From the IMG/VR virus record IMGVR_UViG_3300028392_002123: a stretch of DNA of 64,000 nt. One strand, given 5' to 3'. This DNA is from a virus. Its lineage: Duplodnaviria; Caudoviricetes. The translations under genes and the position numbers were made by a program. The first letter of the stretch is position 1; each line of letters starts with the position of its first letter. Below the pieces are notes generated by a model that ran no database searches, was not told the origin of the DNA, and saw only the letters and a list, made by a program, of their open reading frames with translations. This document shows positions 60,340 through 64,000 of the stretch, piece after piece.

Positions 60340-60831
60340 TCATATCTTAAATGCCGCATATGGCATTGTTAATTCTGTGTAATTGTTTGGATTATTCATA
60401 TCTACTATTCGAACAACAATGTTATTTCCAACAATACTCCAAGTAATGTTTTGTCCACCGATGTCAATATCTCCGCAAGGACCTCCAACACTCAATGGGG
60501 TACAAGTTGGAGCACTAGTAGTTGATCCAAACAAACTGTCACTGATACGTTTTGCTAGTTCACTGTAAATTCTTGTTTCTAAACTAGCTTGAAATCTTGC
60601 CTGTGGGGTGTTTGCGGCATCTCTTTCAGCGGCCGCTTTTAAAGCATCTGCCGCTGCCTTATTTTTTTCTTTTTGCTGATCTTCTAGTTGTTTAATAGTC
60701 AGCACATGACTACTATATCCAACGCCACTAAACGCTGGACTATTAAAACTATGTTGCAATTCAGCTGAATACGCATTTGTTAAAATTGACAAAATACCTA
60801 TTAGAATCATAGACTTTTTCATACGAGACAC
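60340..60831 (-). CDS. csgF: Curli assembly protein CsgF-like
   Basis: Signal peptide; ELQHSFNSPAFSG (CsgF N-terminus) and FQASLETRIYSELA motifs; directly upstream of csgG. Confidence 0.75.
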   Translation of the reverse strand: MSRMKKSMILIGILSILTNAYSAELQHSFNSPAFSGVGYSSHVLTIKQLEDQQKEKNKAAADALKAAAERDAANTPQARFQASLETRIYSELAKRISDSLFGSTTSAPTCTPLSVGGPCGDIDIGGQNITWSIVGNNIVVRIVDMNNPNNYTELTMPYAAFKI

Positions 60832-60963
60832 TCCTTAATTATATTTACAGTCTTAGTTAGTGGTGTAATACACAAGTTTAATCATTACAACCCTTAGTAT
60901 TAAGTACTCAGTTTATTGATTTCAAAAAACATCTAAATAGCTATAGTTAACTAGGAGACAGCC

Positions 60964-61599
60964 ATGGAATTTCTTTTTGATTTCACAGATGAAAAACTTG
61001 CAAAATGTATAAGCAAGAATAAAGATCCACACAGTTGGTATGAAGCATTGGCAGAACAACTGCCTAAATTTTATATAGTTACACCTGCAAGGGTTGCAGG
61101 TTTTATCAGTCAATGCCAACACGAAAGTGCTGATTTTACTATACTAGAAGAAAATTTAAATTATGGATGGAAAGGCCTACGCGGCCTATTTGGAAAATAT
61201 TTTCCCAATGACGATCTTGCCAAGCAGTACGAGCGCAAGCCACAGTTAATTGCCAACAAAATTTACAGCGGCAGAATGGGCAATGGGCCAGAAGCTACCG
61301 GAGACGGATTTAAATTTAGAGGTCGTGGCATATTACAAATTACAGGCCGCAGTAACTATACACAATGTAGTAGAGACTTATTCGGCGACGATACTCTAGC
61401 TGACAATCCAGATTTGTTAACTGAACCAGAATACGCTATTTTAAGTGCCTGCTGGTTCTGGCACAAAAATAGATTAAACGATATCTGCGACAAAGGCGAT
61501 GTAGTGCTACTCAGCAAACGAATCAATGGTGGTACCATTGGCTTAGAAGATCGTATACATCACTGGAACCAGTGTTTACATTCTTTCGAAAGTCAATGA
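60964..61599 (+). CDS. GH19 endolysin
   Basis: RVAGFISQCQHES, ENLNY, RMGNG, FRGRGILQITGRSNY and INGGTIGLEDR motifs. Confidence 0.9.
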   Translation: MEFLFDFTDEKLAKCISKNKDPHSWYEALAEQLPKFYIVTPARVAGFISQCQHESADFTILEENLNYGWKGLRGLFGKYFPNDDLAKQYERKPQLIANKIYSGRMGNGPEATGDGFKFRGRGILQITGRSNYTQCSRDLFGDDTLADNPDLLTEPEYAILSACWFWHKNRLNDICDKGDVVLLSKRINGGTIGLEDRIHHWNQCLHSFESQ

Positions 61600-61600
61600 G

Positions 61601-61882
61601 ATGTCAGATGTATTCAAGATTATCGGTGATCTAGGATTTCCTGTAGCTGCCGCACTGGCCGGCGGCTACTTTGTATATCTAACTATTAAACTGTTACTAC
61701 AAGGTGTATTAGGTAGTATCAAAGGTATGGCTGGTATTATTACAGCCCTTGACAATCGTGTAAAAACTATGAACCACGACGTGATTCGTATTGATACTAT
61801 TGTATCCAACGCACTGGGCTTGAGACCCGATGTAGACCGTATTGCTCGAGCAGACGGCAAAAATGATGCAAGGCGTGACTAA
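61601..61882 (+). CDS. Small membrane protein, paralog of 63486..63830
   Basis: GFPV...TM...LDNRVKTMNHDVIRID. Confidence 0.6.
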   Translation: MSDVFKIIGDLGFPVAAALAGGYFVYLTIKLLLQGVLGSIKGMAGIITALDNRVKTMNHDVIRIDTIVSNALGLRPDVDRIARADGKNDARRD

Positions 61883-62097
61883 TGGAATATACTATTACAA
61901 TTAATCTAGTCTACGTATTATGGGCATTGGCTGTAGTCATATTATTTTATATCTATATAAACGACAACAGCGACGATCGCCTAACTCAAATGCGTCATGA
62001 CGTTGAAATGAGAAAAGAATGGTTTGGCATGTTAGCTGAACAGAATAAACAAAAGGCCAAGAAGGCAAGTTGGAATAATACTTATAGACGATCATGA
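61882..62097 (+). CDS. Small membrane protein
   Basis: N-terminal TM segment. Confidence 0.5.
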   Translation: MEYTITINLVYVLWALAVVILFYIYINDNSDDRLTQMRHDVEMRKEWFGMLAEQNKQKAKKASWNNTYRRS

Positions 62098-62315
62098 AAC
62101 AATACTATGTTTTAACACAGAATCCAGAATTTTTATCTGTACTTAAATTTATTAAAGAACATAAACTAGAATTTGAAGCACATATAAATCGAACAAGATT
62201 TTGGATATCTAATAAAGAAGTAGAATTGATGTTGTTATTAAAATGGGGTAATAATGTTGGAGAAGTATCTCCAAACGAAGACCTTGTTACTGGATATGGA
62301 TATATCGAACTATGA
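62094..62315 (+). CDS. Small hypothetical protein
   Basis: ORF track, overlapping start/stop with neighbours. Confidence 0.5.
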   Translation: MKQYYVLTQNPEFLSVLKFIKEHKLEFEAHINRTRFWISNKEVELMLLLKWGNNVGEVSPNEDLVTGYGYIEL

Positions 62316-62494
62316 ATAAAATGATTGTAGAAGAAACAACAGAACAAAATTCCGAGCAGTGGATATGGAGCAACAAAGATCTACGTAAACATTGTATGGT
62401 TGCATTTGGTTTTGGAATTTTTGTAGGCACATTAATTGGCTACGAATGGGCATGGCGCCCTGTTGTAGACTGTGCAAGGTACTTGGTGGGATGA
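62312..62494 (+). CDS. Small membrane protein
   Basis: One TM segment. Confidence 0.45.
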   Translation: MNKMIVEETTEQNSEQWIWSNKDLRKHCMVAFGFGIFVGTLIGYEWAWRPVVDCARYLVG

Positions 62495-62497
62495 TAC

Positions 62498-62680
62498 ATG
62501 ATACACTACGACTACATCTGGGATCTATATCCAAACTATATGTTATTAGATGAAGAATTAAACATTGGCGGCCTGGGATGGAAAGAAGGCGATTACTTTA
62601 AAATTGAAAAGGTAAATGGTCGTATGATGCTACGTAAAGTAGAAAAAATTGAAGCATTCTTAATATGCGGGAATGAATAA
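62498..62680 (+). CDS. Small hypothetical phage protein
   Basis: LGWKEGDYFK motif. Confidence 0.5.
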   Translation: MIHYDYIWDLYPNYMLLDEELNIGGLGWKEGDYFKIEKVNGRMMLRKVEKIEAFLICGNE

Positions 62681-62692
62681 AGGTGTAGGGTA

Positions 62693-63466
62693 ATGGATCC
62701 AATTACCCTATTCGCCATGGCTAATACTGCTGTAGCGGCAGTAAAAAAAGGATGCCAATTATACAAAGATATCAAAGGTGCTGCCGGAGATGTTAAGGCC
62801 GTACTCAAAGACCTTGACGAACAGTTTCATAACAATCATAAAGACAAGCCTGCCACAGTTACGCAACGCAACGCTTACATAGAAGAAAAAAATCGTGTAA
62901 TAGAACTAAACAAACGTGGCGGCGAAACAGCAGGCATCTATACAGAAATAGGTGAACATCTAGGCACATACTACGATAACTTAAACAAGTGTATGGCTAT
63001 TTTTGAAGAAGAAGAACGTCGAAGTCGAACTGAAGTATACACCGGTGATGCTAGCCTAGGCAAACGGGCACTACAACGTGTTCTAATGAAAAAACAATTA
63101 GAACAAATGGGTACCGAGCTACGTGAACTAATGATTTATCAAAGTCCGCCTGAACTAGGTGCGCTGTATACTGAAGTCGAAGAGATGATGAAAATCATGG
63201 GTAAGGAACAAAAAACTTTACTAACTAGACAAATACAAAAACAGGCTGTACAAGACGCAAGACATGCGGCACGTATGAAAAAGCTAAGAGATGAAGCCAT
63301 ATATGGTATTTGTATTTTAATAATAATATTGGCCATGGGCGGTATGTTTATGTGGGTGGCATATGATCGTCAACAAAAATATCCTCAATATGGAGATGAG
63401 TTGTTCCCAAAAAGTGAAAAACAGCGACGATTAGAAGCTCAACCTCAGATCTATGTGGGCAGGTAA
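62693..63466 (+). CDS. Coiled-coil protein with C-terminal TM segment
   Basis: MDPITLFAMANTAVAAVKKG N-terminus; TM segment near the C-terminus. Confidence 0.6.
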   Translation: MDPITLFAMANTAVAAVKKGCQLYKDIKGAAGDVKAVLKDLDEQFHNNHKDKPATVTQRNAYIEEKNRVIELNKRGGETAGIYTEIGEHLGTYYDNLNKCMAIFEEEERRSRTEVYTGDASLGKRALQRVLMKKQLEQMGTELRELMIYQSPPELGALYTEVEEMMKIMGKEQKTLLTRQIQKQAVQDARHAARMKKLRDEAIYGICILIIILAMGGMFMWVAYDRQQKYPQYGDELFPKSEKQRRLEAQPQIYVGR

Positions 63467-63485
63467 ATAAAAAGAGGAGCAAATA

Positions 63486-63830
63486 ATGGATGTAGTAGAA
63501 CTAGTAAACAAATATGGATTTCCAATAGTCATGGCTGTTGGCATGGGATTTATTATCAAATACGTGTGGGAATGGGCCACCAAAGAAGTCAAGCCAGTGA
63601 TCAGTGATGCCAATACTGTGCTTATTGCTCTAATCGATCGTATCCGTATGCTGGACAATGATTTAATTCGACTAAATCAAAAGGTTAATACTGTGTTAAC
63701 TATTCGTGGCAAGATGATTGAAAGTGATCGTGTTATGGAAACTGCTATTGTAGAAGCACAGGCCAATGTCAAGTTTCACGACGCCATGGATGAAGCTGAT
63801 AATATCAGCAATAAAAATAAAAAATCTTAA
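63486..63830 (+). CDS. Small membrane protein, paralog of 61601..61882
   Basis: YGFPIV...TM...LIDRIRMLDNDLIRLN. Confidence 0.6.
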   Translation: MDVVELVNKYGFPIVMAVGMGFIIKYVWEWATKEVKPVISDANTVLIALIDRIRMLDNDLIRLNQKVNTVLTIRGKMIESDRVMETAIVEAQANVKFHDAMDEADNISNKNKKS

Positions 63831-64000
63831 AGTTTTTTAAGAATAGGTACAATCCACTTAGCAACATCAAATTCATACCATGCGTGACTGTCATGTTCCC
63901 GACTGGGAAATGCATGATGATTATTGTGTAATGCTCCTGATCCCTGCCAGGTTATCCAACTATACCATGTGATATTTCTGCTGTTATCTTTGGTGTCAAA
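63827..64000 (-). CDS. Membrane fatty-acid (acyl-CoA) desaturase, C-terminal part only
   Basis: Translated by hand: FDTKDNSRN..GSGALHNNHHAFP..WYEFDVAKW, the third His box of delta-9-type desaturases. Confidence 0.8.
   Translation of the reverse strand, partial: FDTKDNSRNITWYSWITWQGSGALHNNHHAFPSREHDSHAWYEFDVAKWIVPILKKL

Overview
This window is a 64-kb segment of a large, AT-rich tailed-phage genome (jumbo/T4-like style). It is densely coding, mostly on the minus strand, and reads in the standard genetic code. I found no rRNA, tRNA, CRISPR array or integrase. Spanins, a CsgG lipoprotein, a Bug/TctC protein and a phasin-like gene suggest a Gram-negative, possibly betaproteobacterial host (inference). 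Main blocks: (1) 1-9.2 kb and 17.5-21.3 kb, large mosaic proteins. They begin with short propeptides resembling T4 capsid-targeting sequences that end in [LI]-x-E, and their unrelated modules are joined by [VLI]-x-E linkers. In one gene five linkers share the DNA word GTGGCGGA, and in another a twin-arginine signal starts right after a linker. (2) 9.2-17.5 kb, accessory metabolic genes, an Asp-box fibre-like gene preceded by a putative structured RNA, and a broken two-gene fusion relic. (3) 21.3-25.5 kb, phasin-like, nucleotidyltransferase, UvsE, MaoC, RyR and holin-like genes. (4) 25.5-42 kb, tail/collagen fibres, ClpA, spanins, IF-1 and an S53 peptidase. (5) 42-51 kb, PhoH, HAD nucleotidase, clamp loader, GroES, a DnaE fragment and a near-complete SUF Fe-S cluster. 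(6) 52.9-60.8 kb, a csgF-csgG-curlin-FecR-curlin-CHASE2 adenylate cyclase cluster. (7) 61-64 kb, a GH19 endolysin, small membrane proteins and a partial desaturase. All family calls come from motif recognition by eye; no database search was run.
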